This document shows positions 10,759 through 23,500 of a stretch of DNA of 64,000 bases, in pieces (position 1 is the first letter of the stretch; each line of letters begins with the position of its first letter). This DNA is from Asterias rubens (lineage: Eukaryota). Location of the stretch: NCBI RefSeq assembly GCF_902459465.1, contig NC_047063.1, positions 16,740,001 through 16,804,000 on the forward strand. The letters run 5' to 3'. The position numbers were made by a program, and so were the translations under genes. The notes below the pieces were generated by a model, which saw nothing but the letters and a program-made list of their open reading frames with translations, was not told the DNA's origin and did no database searches.

Positions 10759-11963
10759 TTAAACGTACACCGCTTGAAGATAATGATAGTGACTTGACTT
10801 GCCTAGGTGCTGCAGTTTTTGAATTTGGGTAAAACAATGTTAAGGAAATAATTTTTGTCTCAGTGATCATGAGAAGAAAATTATTTTAGCATGTAAACAC
10901 GTATTTTCGTGTATTTTAATGTAGTTCTGTGGACGTTGTTTTTTGTGTTACAAAAAGTTTAAGAAGCTTCCGTCTTATTGTTGAATGTATACAAAGGTGC
11001 AGAGGCGATGTTTTTATTCATAAGGGACCGGATACAGAGACAAGCTCTTTTAAACACCACAACGTGCTTTTAACTACCAATTACCTCACGCACGCATCCA
11101 AACACATAACATGAATCGTGTGAGGATTTCTTTGCTCGGCTTGTGAAAGGAAAAAAAAGCATGACAAAGTTGTTAACGATCAACAACGCCATGTTCACCT
11201 GTGTAGTGTGTTCCTTTAACTTCGACATGATCACAATTCACTTTGAACTCTTTGGAATATTTGCTGCTGATATGCTGCTGTTTAGAAAACTTACCTTTAA
11301 TTCCATTCAGTTTGTTAACGGTCGAATTGTGTCTGTCAGAGAAGACTTCAGCCTGCTTGTGCAAAGCTTCCTTGATGCAGCGTAAACCATTTAAAACTAC
11401 TACGAGTTTGCCGCCAAGTCGAACACTGAACACTTCCCCGTACTGTTTGGACCAATGAGTGAAAACATGATGAGATAGTCCACGGCGAAGGGCCAGTGCG
11501 CTGCCGATAACTGGCCAACCAGTCGGTCCTGGTGGCAGATTCTTAGGCAGGCGAGTCCAGTACAACCCAAGCAGGAACACAAACAAAAACACGAATACCG
11601 ACTGCAACCTGACAGCTTCAAACAACGTTAAGACTAAGTTGAGCATGGTGAGAATGGAGGAGAATTGAGATGGAAATAATTATTATCAACAAGTTGTCTG
11701 ATATTCGGTGAGCATGTTTCACAATCGTCTGATGTTTTGCCCTCTTCTTTCCTTGTATATGTATGTTTGCCAAGACGGAGCGCATGCGCACTTTGAAATG
11801 GATAATGGGCGGGAATAAAGCCCTCCGAAGCTGGCCTTAGTTTATTTGTGGGCAGGTAGTTGGGTACTCCAGGGCCGACCTTGGTAAGTAAGTTGGGTAT
11901 AGGATTTGATTAAAACTAACGAAGGACATTTTAAGAGTAATCTGGATTGTTTGTTCAGTAGAT

Positions 11964-12103
11964 TGGAGTCTTTTGAACGCTAGTTGTCTGCAGACGTACC
12001 GGGTAAATTTCCGTTTACGTCGTTCTGAGCATGCTCACTTTCTAAGAACAAGTCATTTACCTGGTAGTCTGCTGCCACCATAAGGCCACCAAAAAGTCTC
12101 CCA
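11964..12103. mobile_element. Hairpin MITE, same family (degenerate)
   Basis: Right arm CCTGGTAGTCTGCTGCCACC..AAAAGTCTCCCA, with a degenerate left arm. Confidence 0.7.
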
Positions 12104-13659
12104 TCTGATTGCTAACAGTATTGGTAAACTTAAGGTTGTGAGACCGATTCTTCATTTACAGTGGGTAGGGATTAATGTCTTGGCCAAGCAAAATGTACAA
12201 AAAAAACTTTATAAGTGGAAATAATCAACGCCACAGCCATTAATTTGTCTTACGGTACAAAGGATCTTTGACACACTATGGCAGTTAGAAAAGTTTATAG
12301 CCCATTAAATCTATAATTGCTCGTCCATAAAAAAATCCACTGTCGTAAAATTATAAAACTTGTTAATGGTTTAGTGTATAATTAGTAAATAACATTTGCC
12401 AAAAGAATTTTAACAAAATGCAGGTAGACTCCAAATGCCACTGGCTTTCCAGAGAGACCACCGCTACAGAAAGAGCCAATTTAGAAAACTTACACAACAA
12501 ACACAGTCTGTAAGCAAGATATCTGGAAACCTGCAATGAAAAATTGATGATTTCACTTTATCATGAGGATTAGATCTTGGTATGTCTGTAAAAGTCTGTT
12601 AATGTTTGTGCGCGAAGTATAGGAGTGAAGATATTTGTCAACCGGTAATTTTTTTTGTGACGTCACGTGCAGGTGGCCCTTTGACGGAACCAGAGCAAGA
12701 GGGTGTCAAAGATTGAGGTTCATGGATGAGTAGCATTGGCAACTGACACTTACCTGGTGGATAACGTACCGGGAACTCTGGTCACCGGCGTAAATGTAAA
12801 GAAAAGCAAAATCGCATTCAGAGTTTTAAACTCATATTGTTTTTACTTTTTTAGTTTTATTTTAGTTTTTAGTTGTAGACATCGAGGCTTGACAACAAAG
12901 GCTTGAAGACACACCCAGCCTTCCTACCCCCGTAGCCACCCGTGACTAGCTAACGCTGCCTGACCAATCCATCTCAACAGCGTTAACAATTCAACACAAG
13001 GCTCATACTATACAATCACAATGCCAATTAGCAAAGCATAAGCGTTCAATTTGTATCAGATTATATTTAAATTACGTTTCAACCGGGACAATCATAGGGA
13101 TCAGTGTTATACAAACATGCACGGCCATAAAAAGCCCCCGAACATAAATTAATTATACATGGGCGGAAATGAGCTAAATTTGAGTTAACCCAAAACTAAT
13201 AAAATTGAAAAAAGGGTCGTAGATTGCTTTTGGACAAGTAATGCTGATTTTTAAGTTTAAAATACCGAGAAAGATACAGACAAAGTGACCATGTTTTTAG
13301 CTGAAAATAGTGCCTGTCTGGGGCTTACGCATTGACACAGATAGCAATTTAAAACCGTATTTTCAGAGAAACCGTATTTTCAGAGAAACGTCGAATCCAT
13401 TCACGTTTAGAGAGGTACCAGCCGGTGTCCCAGAGAAATCGGTCCGCCACGGATTCTGGACCCCAAATAGAAATTAACATGGGCTGGAGAAGGATATTTC
13501 AAAAGAGGGCGCTATCAGAAGTAGTTTGTGCACAGTTAACCATTACCGGGGAACCGAATCTCCTGTGTCCACGGTCTTTATTACGTAACTACACTAAAGC
13601 TTGCCCCGATTCATGTGATATAGCAACTGTCTGTATAGTCTTAGGAGTTTGAACTATTG

Positions 13660-13866
13660 ATTTTGGTATACTCAGTTCTTCCCCGAGTCATGTGAACAAA
13701 ATATTACAGGCATATTACTCGGGTGGGATTCGAACCCTCTTGTAAGTCTAGAGCAGTGTCTTACCAACTATACTACCGTGATTGCCCGGTAGTAGAGGCA
13801 GTTCGAATCCTATGTTTTGGCAGCGGGTACCGAAACGATAAAGAGATGTTAAATTTGCATCGGGGG
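13660..13866 (-). mobile_element. tRNA-derived SINE/satellite-like unit; pieces also at 27783-27925, 39792-39930, 41906-42030, 60326-60450
   Basis: The minus strand reads CGGTAGTATAGTTGGTAAGACACTGCTCTAG (A-box-like) ... GGGTTCGAATCCCACC (B box). GATGTTAAATTTGCATCGGGG and ATACTCAGT.CTT.CCCGAGTC.TGTGAA recur at the other sites. Confidence 0.7.
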
Positions 13867-14591
13867 AGTTTGAATTAGTTAAACGGTAACTTGTGATCAA
13901 ACAAGTCATTGTTCCATACAATATTCAAATCTAATATGCAAATGGCCTTTTTACAAGGACTGCCGATAAGCTGTTGCAAACCGCTCACCAACCAAACAGA
14001 CCAAAAATGCTAAAACAAAATAGTAATCTGTCTGACGTTTCAACCCCGGTAGGTGAGTCTTTCTCGAAGGCTAACTGACAACACACCAAACTTGAACAGA
14101 CTTCTGGTGAAATAAAATCAGTCAAGTGGGAAGGGAGATTAAAGCACACAGACAAGCGGGATTCCGAATTAACGAAAAGTAAAGGATGAACATAATAAGG
14201 TCATAGCCTTGGGCTATAGTATTGTACAAATATAATGTCTGCATAGTCGCTGTGTGACCGTAAACCGAATCGGTAAATATGTATTGACAAAAGAGTCACA
14301 GAAATAGGCAAAATGAAAAACAAACTTGATGACTGAGCTCAAATCTGCTTCCATTATGACTTTATTGACTGTATAGACGAGACAAATCAGGCTAGTCAAA
14401 CAAACACTTTGGTAAAACAGACAAGACCAGCGTGCAGATGTACCATTGACGATCTCAGCCCTCAGCTGGCATTCAATTATACGTTTCTACGTGGAGCGGG
14501 TATACACCAAAGTCTAATACTCTCACTGACTATAACGTGTAAAATCTACAGAATTGAACAAATTTCAACAACAACAACTACAAAACTCATT

Positions 14592-14772
14592 ATGTTGAAC
14601 CAAATCGTAGACTTGCTCCAAATGGTTGGTTGGCAAACGGCTGTTCTCTTCCTCCTTGTGTTCTTCATTGGACTGTACTGGATTCAGCAGCCTGTGAATC
14701 TCCCACCAGGACCGACTGGTTGGCCAGTCGTGGGCTGTGCATTCAACGTACAGAAACGACAAACTCATATTG
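14592..14772 (+). pseudogene. Orphan, 3'-truncated CYP2 exon-1 fragment (60 codons)
   Basis: [10 protein letters not shown]...[23 protein letters not shown]. After ACTCATATTG the sequence switches to TATTCTCCCCTATAAAAGGG, intergenic sequence also seen at about 4843 and 19574. Confidence 0.9.
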
Positions 14773-15502
14773 TATTCTCCCCTATAAAAGGGCTGGTTTC
14801 CACAGCAACCGCAAAACAAAAAGATGTTTGAAACTTATTTCTTTGATGTATTATACCTTGTATTATTCCATGAATACTGCGTACTAAATCTCACACAGTT
14901 TAAGTTGGAATGTTTCATTACATAATTGCATTAACCCATTTCGCAGTATAAAGCAGAAGATGCTTGTGACTCAGCTATTCACTTGAAATAGTTTATATGG
15001 TCCAATGCTCAAGTGGGATATTCGGCAACCATTGGTATTTGTAGTAGGTCGAATGTAATTCTGAACACTGTGGGTGTGTGCCTGTATGTGTTATTTTCTT
15101 ATGTACAAATTGGTCAATATGATCCCACGGACGGCTGAACAATCCTCGACCATAAAATGGTGGAAGATCCAAAGTTACAGGCTGACAGACACTGACGACT
15201 GACACACTCATACAGGCTGTATGAATCAGGTATGCATTTTTTAAGAAGAATCTATAAACAAATAGTAAACTTGCGCGTACAACCATGTGTACATCTCTTA
15301 GGGTGAGTGTTGACGTTTATGAGTGTGCCTTGCTGATTTCTCAGAGAAAAAATACATTGCATTCTGCTAATACGCATCAGCGTTATATTTGCCCCCCCCA
15401 AAAAAAAAAAAGAAAAAAAAAAAAACCCACGACCGTATACAGTAAAAACCCTAAAATTAGGTAAAATGTCAGCAGATAATAATCTGGTGAATCAACATGT
15501 TG

Positions 15503-15584
15503 TCAAAGTGAACTTGGACTTTGGCTAAGGTCAGAGTCACCAAGTAGAGGGTAGGCTACTGGTAAAGGTCGAGTGGTATATAAA
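15503..15584 (+). promoter_or_regulatory. Putative B-type promoter: nuclear-receptor half-site cluster plus TATA box (repeated at 20301-20376, 29927-30002, 41823-41892)
   Basis: TGAACTTGGACTTTGG..AGGTCAGAGTCA, then TATATAAA about 150 bp upstream of the ATG. Motif match only. Confidence 0.5.
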
Positions 15585-15729
15585 TAAAAACAATAAACCT
15601 AAGCCCGAAGCTGGTATTGATCAAATGTTTTCGAAGTGGAAGGGGAAAACACTACATGCTAAGTCTCATCGACTATTACGTGTAAAATCCGGAGCATTGA
15701 AATTGGTAAAAACACAAAACTAAATAATC

Positions 15730-18515
15730 ATGTTGAACCAAATCGTAGACTTGCTCCAAATGGTTGGTTGGCAAACGGCTGTTCTATTCCTCGTTGTGTT
15801 CTTCATTGGACTGTACTGGATTCAGCAGCCTGTGAATCTTCCACCAGGACCGACTGGTTGGCCAGTCGTGGGTTGTGCATTCAACGTACAGAAACGACAA
15901 ACTCATATTGCTTTCACCGAATTGGTCCAAGCAGTATGGGGTAGTGTTTAGTGTACGACTTGGCCCTCAGCTCTTCGTAGTTCTGAATGATTTACGCAGC
16001 ATCAAGAAGGCCTTGCATGAGCAAGCTGATGTCTTCTCCGACAGACTGGTTGTAGATTTTGCGAAACTACTGGGAGTGGAAGGTATTCACTCTTTTTTTT
16101 ATAACAAACAACCTGTTAAATTTACAAAATGTACTTTACTTTTCTCTTACCAATACATTATTTTCCACATAATCATGACAATACATAGATATGAAATAAC
16201 AGAATAGATGGTTTTTTATAGTATTAACCATAGTATAACCAACAATCATGGATGATTTCGATGATTTGTGATTAAATGGGTAAAGACGTATAACATTGTG
16301 ACTTTATTGTCTCCTTTATAATAGGCAGTGTCGTTTTTGAAAATGGCACTGTTTGGAAGGAGCGTCGTCGGTTTGGTCTCGGGGCTCTGAGAAGCTTTGG
16401 TATGGGCAAGAAAAGCATCGAGCATTCCATCAACGAGGAATCACGGTACCTCCTCGACGGCTTTGCTGACAAACAAGGAAAACCATTCGATGCCACACAC
16501 CTCATCAACAATGCCGTCTCCAACATCATTTGTAAAATTTGCTTCGGTTACAGGTTTGACTACTCCGACCCCAAGTTCGCTGAGCTTATTGCTATTCTCG
16601 GAGAGCAATTGTCCGATAGCTCGTCGCTGTTTGCTAACTTTAAGTCGGCTGCGTCTAAAGCTCGGACAAAACGAAATGCCGATTTCATAATTGATTTTGT
16701 CCGTAAAATAGTCCAGGTATAAAATGCATGTTAATTCATTCAAATATTGCCTTCTTTGTATTTCTTTTTATAGCATTATGTAGTTTGTGCACTATCCACA
16801 ACAAGCCTCTCCCGACGCCCCTCTCTGACCGAAGGGGGGGGGGCGGGGGTACGGGGATTTATGTTTTACCAGTTCATGTGTATGTTTTCATCTCGATGGT
16901 GATGTTGTAAGTAGTCTAAAGTGTTCATTTCCCAGAGTTTATCATCTTACTTTGTTGTATGTGCATCTTTCTAATTTTAAACTTCAAGGACCACCATCAA
17001 TCATATGATGAAAATGACATCCGGGATATTATTGACATGGGAATAGCCGAGGTCAAGCAGTCAAAGAGCAAGGAAAAACATGGTGGTCGAAATGAGAAGG
17101 AGATCTTCAACGACGGTGCACTTATTCGAAGTGTTATATTTTTATTCATCGCTGGTACCGATACAACGACCCAAACTCTGCTTTGGACTTTGATGTACAT
17201 GGCTCTACATCCTGATGTGCAAAAGAAGGTACAGTCATTTTAAACTTTTGTGGATTATGTTTTGCTATGTTTTATTGTTTCTTTTGACATGTCTTGAGTT
17301 CCTACTCAACTTGGCTATAGTTATATTGGTGTCAGATGTTTGAGCTCACCTATCGCGTGTGCTCGATTAGCATCCCCTGAGCCCCGTCACGGGCTTAATG
17401 GGATACTTTGGAACGCTAGGTGGCAGCAGACTTTCCAGGTTTTACCTGGCGTGTCTGCTGCCACCTAGCGTCCCAAAAGTTCCCTTTTGGTTGACCGTGA
17501 TCCCGTGCCCAAAATCATATTTTGAGAACCCAGGCTTGTAACATCGAATGAAGCCCCATCCAATTAGTCAAAATAATGTGTACAGTAGAATTGAGCTTAT
17601 AATGGATGCTCCATCGTGATTACCAAACAGGTCCAGTCTGAAATTGATGAGGTCATTGGAGGGAGTCGTCAACCACTAATGACCGACAGTCCTAACATGC
17701 CGTACACTAATGCCGTTATAATGGAGATGCAACGCATGCGTCCTGTGGCACCTTTAGCTATTCCCCGCAAAACTAGGGACGACACGACGCTGGACGGGTA
17801 CACAATTCCGTCAAACACGTGTAAGTAGCTTTCAAAATATTAGCTGTTTATTTAAATGAAAATTTAAACAAGACACGACTTTCTTTTAGTTGTAATTGTC
17901 TCTCCATATTTTTCTTGTTTTTATCTATCTGCTTCTTCATGTATAAAGGCGTGTTTGTCAACATCTGGGCAGTACACCATGATCCTGCGACGTGGACAGA
18001 GCCAGAGAAATACAACCCAGCCCGGTTCCTCTCTGCTGATGGCAAGAGTGTCATTCAACATGGGTCACTCATTACATTTGGAACAGGTAGGAAATGGTTT
18101 TCTTTTCTTTTCACATCAGGCAGAAATGGGATACTTTTGGGACGCTGGGTGGCAGCAGACTTACCAGATAAAAGCATGACAATTTTCCCGATGTATCTGA
18201 TGCCCCTCATTCGTGTTCCAAAGTCTTCCATTGTGAATGAGTGCAAGCCGAAGAGTGTAATCGTAAAGGCTTAGTTTACCACATTTCGCCATAGTCTAAC
18301 ACAACAGTTGTTTTTTGAAATTATTTACAGGTCGCCGTGCCTGCATGGGAGAAAATCTCGCTAAATCCGAGCTCTTTATTTTCTTTGTCAACATCCTTCA
18401 ACGATTCACTGTTACCTTTCCAGAGGGTAAAGCGACCCCGTCACAGGATGGATCGGCTGGTGCTATACTTGGCCCGAGACCATACGAACTGTGTGGCACC
18501 ATCAGACGTACATAA
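15730..18515 (+). pseudogene. g3: CYP2-like P450, near-identical copy of g1 with a B-type 5' end; +1 frameshift in exon 1
   Basis: Exons 15730-16082 (353 nt instead of 352), 16325-16716, 16989-17228, 17631-17820, 17949-18086, 18331-18515. ACCGAATTGGTCC at about 15916-15928 versus ACCAATTGGTCC (g1) and ACCGAATGGTCC (g4-6). The first frame stops at 15951. Confidence 0.85.
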
Positions 18516-19718
18516 ATGTTTCAGATTTGGATCTGCGCTCTGTCAATCAAGCCTCGAGCAGTCTGCTTATTGCCGTGTAGAATTTATATTTGTTAATATA
18601 TTTTTTTCTGTTTTCATGAAGTTTTTTAAGTTGATATAAAGGTTTTCTTCGGCAAATGAGCAGTCAAATTCATTTTCACGCGCTCGAATTAAAGCTTTTT
18701 TGTCTCTCCAGCTGTAACTGCGTTTCAAATTCAGAATTCGGCCATTCAATTTCGGTTTGAGTCGAGTCACACACCTCAAAAAGCGTCTGCGAATTTGAAT
18801 GCTGCTTGGATGGATTGGTAAATCGAATGATTATTTTGTTAAATCGAATGACGCAACATTACATTCGACTAATCATGAAACGAAAGCGAATGACCCTTTT
18901 CTGTGGCATTCGATTTCGTGCGAAATAGAATTGTTTGGTGGTTAAATTGGCTGCTCATTTGCCGAAATTGACGGAGAAAACTCTATGTAGCACCGAGAAT
19001 GATCAATCTTTCAGAGACCGTTGCATGGACTTAAGTAACATTTTACCTCTTGTTGAGGTAAAAGACCACTCAGACTATTTTTCTCAAACTAAACTCATAT
19101 TCACATTGGATTGTGTTGTTTAAATTAGTGTTTTATTTTGTTTAACCCCTGTGTCATGGTTTAAAAATATGCTCTTTTGGTATACGTTTTATATTTGGCT
19201 TTAGAGGGTTTTTAAATCCATTCGTGTTGGGATTAAGGGTTATTTATTGTTGTCACTGCCTTCTGTTTTTATTGTGTTTATGGGTGTTGATTTTGCAAGG
19301 TTCTCGATTGTTGGTGTTTTAATGTTTTCTGTTATGTGATTTTTATAGTGTTTGAATTCAATGTCCTTTTAATAAACATATTGGCCTACTTATATTTTTA
19401 TCATTGGTGGGGGTCTGGTTTTACACATCTGAGATGACAGTTTATACTTTTAACAATAAATATATCCTTTTTTAATGTAAAAATATCTGAATAATAAAAT
19501 AATGCCGAGACGCACCGTACACGTGTACTTACTTGAATCCTTGTCAGATTTAAAGTTACCTGCTCTACTTTTGTATTCTCCCCTATAAAAGGGCTGGTTT
19601 CCACAGCAACCGCAAAACAAAAAGATCCTTGAAACTTATTCCTTTGATGTATTATACCTTGTATTAAATTCCATGAATACTGCGTACTGAATCTCACACA
19701 GTTTAAGTTGGAATGTTT
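15920..19718 (+). repeat. Segmental duplication: A unit, a copy of about 1255-4990
   Basis: Exons, introns, intronic MITEs and the 3' flank match g1 nearly base for base, apart from small indels. Confidence 0.92.
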
Positions 19719-20528
19719 TATTACGTAATTGCATTAACCCATTTCGCAGTATAAAGCAGAAGATACTTGTGCCTCAGCTATTCACTTGAAATAGTTTATA
19801 TGGTCCAATGCTCAAGTGGGATATTCGGCAACCATTGGTATTTGTAGTAGGTCTAATGTAATTCTGAACACTGTGGGTGTGTGCCTGTATGTGTTATTTT
19901 CTTATGTTCAAATTGGTCAATATGATCCCACGGACGGCTGAACAATCCTCGACCATAAAATGGTGGAAGATCCAAAGTTACAGGCTGACAGACACTGACG
20001 ACTGACACACTCATACAGGCTGTATGAATCAGGTATGCATTTTATAAGAAAGAATCTATAAACAAATAGTAAACTTGCGCGTACAACCACGTGTACATCT
20101 CTTAGGGTGTGTGTTGACGTTAATGAGTGTGCCTTGCTGATTTCTCAGAGAAAAAAAACACTGCATTCTGCTAATACGCATCAGCGTTACATTTGCCCCC
20201 CCCCCCCAAAAAAAAAAACCACGACCGTATACATTAAAAACCCTAAAATTAGGTAAAATGTCAGCAGATAATAATCTGGTGAATCAACATGTTGTCAGAG
20301 TGAACTTGGACTTTGGCTAAGGTCAGAGTCACCAAGTAGAGGGTAGGCTACTGATAAAGGTCGAGAGGTATATAAATAAAAACAATAAACCTATATATAA
20401 GCCCAAAGCTGGTATTGATCAATATCTTTCGAAGTGGTAGGGGAAAACACTACATGCTAAGTCTCATCGACTATTACGTGTAAAATCCGGAGCATTGAAA
20501 TTGGTAAAAAACAAAAAACTAACTAATC

Positions 20529-23500
20529 ATGTTGAACCAAATCGTAGACTTGCTCCAAATGGTTGGTTGGCAAACGGCTGTTCTCTTCCTCGTTGTGTTC
20601 TTCATTGGACTGTACTGGATTCAGCAACCTGTGAATCTTCCACCAGGACCGACTGGTTGGCCAGTCGTAGGCTGTGCATTCAACGTCCAGAGACGACAAA
20701 CTCATATTGCTTTCACCGAATGGTCCAAGCAGTATGGAGATGTGATAAGCGTTCGACTTGGTCGTAAGCTCTTCATTGTTCTAAATGATTTACACAGCAT
20801 CAAGAAGGCCTTGCATGAGCAAGCTGATGTATTTTCTGACAGATTTGTTCCACACTTTTCAAAGCTGATGGGAGTGAAAGGTAATTTTTCTTTAGAAAAC
20901 CAATTAACTACACTGCAAACTTGTTGGTAAAAAAATTGTGTTGGTAAAGGCATTTTTCTAAAAAGCAAATTTGTTTGGCAGTTGGTTAAAATCAATCATT
21001 GCACCACAAGTTGGGCAAAATAATTTGACAAAAATGTTGGTTACTGGATGGTCCAATTTCGATATTATTAAGGACAAATAGTTTCCCCATAACGTGGTTA
21101 ATGTGACACTTGAACTCAATTACTGGTGTTGGGCGCACACGGCTATCATAGCTCATGGGGAAAGTAACCGACCAATTCACAAAAACTATACTCGTAAGTG
21201 TAACAAATTATCTGCATGTAGGTCAGCAGTTCGAAAATCTCATTCATAAATACCTCAGATGGTTTCGCTATTCCTATTGGTGAAGAGCGCGTCACGTGGG
21301 GGTGTTTAAACCTTTGATAATGACCAGCGCTTATAACCGGTTGTGAGCGGGACAGTTTCTTCATTCCAATGGGTCGAGATCAACGGCTGGAACAGTTGTG
21401 TCACATCACGCGATACGCACGACGCGCACAGCAATCTCCTTATAAGGAGTTGTTTACCCGAGGGCCTTACCATTTAATATCTGGAGGGGTATTGTGTCGA
21501 AAGAAATCATTGAACAATTATATTTTTGCATTTATTATACTTTTTGACCAAAAAGTATTGATGTTTTTTGACCGAAAAGGTATTTTTTCGTCTCGGTAAA
21601 ATTACCAAGAACCAGGTCTCGTTGGGTATAAACCATTAGTTGAAAACCTCTTCCCCACACATTGATTCCCTTATTTAAGATTGAGGCACTTTGAGGAATG
21701 ACGTATATAGGCCCTTTTTTTAGGTAGGCCGAATATTATTTATAACTGAACTATTTGGTAATGATTCCTGCAGATATTATGTACAAGTTCACGGTACAAG
21801 TAAAACATTGTGGCCTTACGTTCTTCTCTATAATAGGCAGTTTCCTTTTTGAAGACGGTCCCATCTGGAAGGAGCGTCGTCGGTTTGGTCTCGGGGCTCT
21901 GAGAAGCTTTGGTATGGGAAAGAAAAGCATCGAGCATTCCATCAACGAGGAATCACGGTACCTCCTCGACGGTTTCGCAGACCGAAAAGGAAAACCATTC
22001 GACCCAGCCCACCTCGTCAACAATGCCGTCTCCAACATCATTTGTAAAGTTTGCTTTGGGTATAGGTTCGACTACTCGGACCCCAAGTTCGCTGAACTTA
22101 TCGGTCGTCTCAGAGAGCGGTTGTCTCAAAATGGTCCTACGTCAGCCTTTAATATCTTCGAATGGGTTTTGCACACACCATTAATGAATCGGTCAATAGG
22201 AAACGCCCGAAATATCTTTGACTTCGTCCGTGGAATTATTCAGGTAATTAGCCAATAAGTCATTCATTTATTGAATGTTTGTATCCCAAGACTCTTGCTA
22301 ACATACTATCAGGCAAAATCAAGCAAAACATACATCAGGATAACTAGTTCTTACGACCACCGACCACTCACATCTTGGGATATTGAGAGCGCCCCATAAA
22401 GTCATTCGGGAATGTAATTTCTCACATCGAGTCTCGTCCATACCTTTTGGATTGGGGCTTTAAAAGAAATTCGTTATGAAAATGCATATAAACGGACAGA
22501 TATTTCATTAGTATAGTAAAAAAAAAAAAAAAAAAAAAACAGCCATTGAAATTGTGTGTTTAGAACGCTGTCCGTCTTTTGATGAAATAGGCTAGTAGAA
22601 GACTTACTACAAAATCAACAAAATCCACTATTTTACAATTTCATTTAATAGCAACCTTGGAATATTTATTTTACCGAAATTTGTGATATTGATCTTAAAC
22701 TTTTAGGACCATCATAAATCGTACGATGAAAATGACATCCGGGATATTATTGACATGGGAATTGCCGAGGTCAGGCAGTCAGAAAGCAAGGAAAAACATG
22801 ACGACGGTCGAAACTTCACGGATATCTTCAACGACGGTGCACTTTGTCGAAGTATTGTGGATTTATTCATCGCTGGTACCGATACAACCACTAACACTCT
22901 GCTTTGGACTTTGATGTACATGGCTCTCAATCCTGATATGCAAAAGAAGGTACCGTCATTTTAAGTTTATTACGGACTGCGTGTTGATTGATTGTTTGTT
23001 TATTTATCTGTTTCACCTTTTCTGTGAAGATTGCTTCGTGCGCGTATCAATGTCATGATCCCATGTTTTATGGCTCTACACCCTATCTTCAAGACGCATC
23101 GTGATTTAACTTTAGTAAAAATTATTCATTTTTTTAAATGGGTCAATCTAACCAAAATCTGTCATTGTGACTAGTTGCGGGATCAATTCTGACCCAGGAC
23201 TTGTGGAGTGCAGCGCTTTATAATAATGTTAATAACAAATAACACCCTATGAAAGAAACAAAAAACTATTTAGTTATTCTTCAGGTGCTACAACTACCTT
23301 AAAGCCATTGGATCCTTTCGGTAAAACAGAAAAAAAAAGTTCACAGATTTACAAATAATTTACAGGGTTTACAGAAGGTAATGGTGAAAGACTTCTCTTG
23401 AAATATTAGTCCATGAAATGCTTTACTTTTTGAGAAAACTGTAAAACAATATAACGAGAATTACAGATTTATTTTAAACACTTGTCATGACACGGCGAAA

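Larger units (their letters stand above)
6075..11646 (-). pseudogene. g2: CYP2-like P450, type D, inverted; frameshifting deletion in exon 2 (or an assembly error)
   Basis: Minus-strand exons 11646-11295 (352), 10200-9841 (360), 8522-8283 (240), 7421-7232 (190), 6632-6495 (138), 6256-6075 (182). Exon 2 must be 2 mod 3 in length, but 360 is 0 mod 3. The frame stops at TAG 9880-9878, while the homologous ANSRRLTELFSRIVR|GTGAGT continues in another frame. FGTGRRHCVG and ETLR are intact. Confidence 0.85.
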
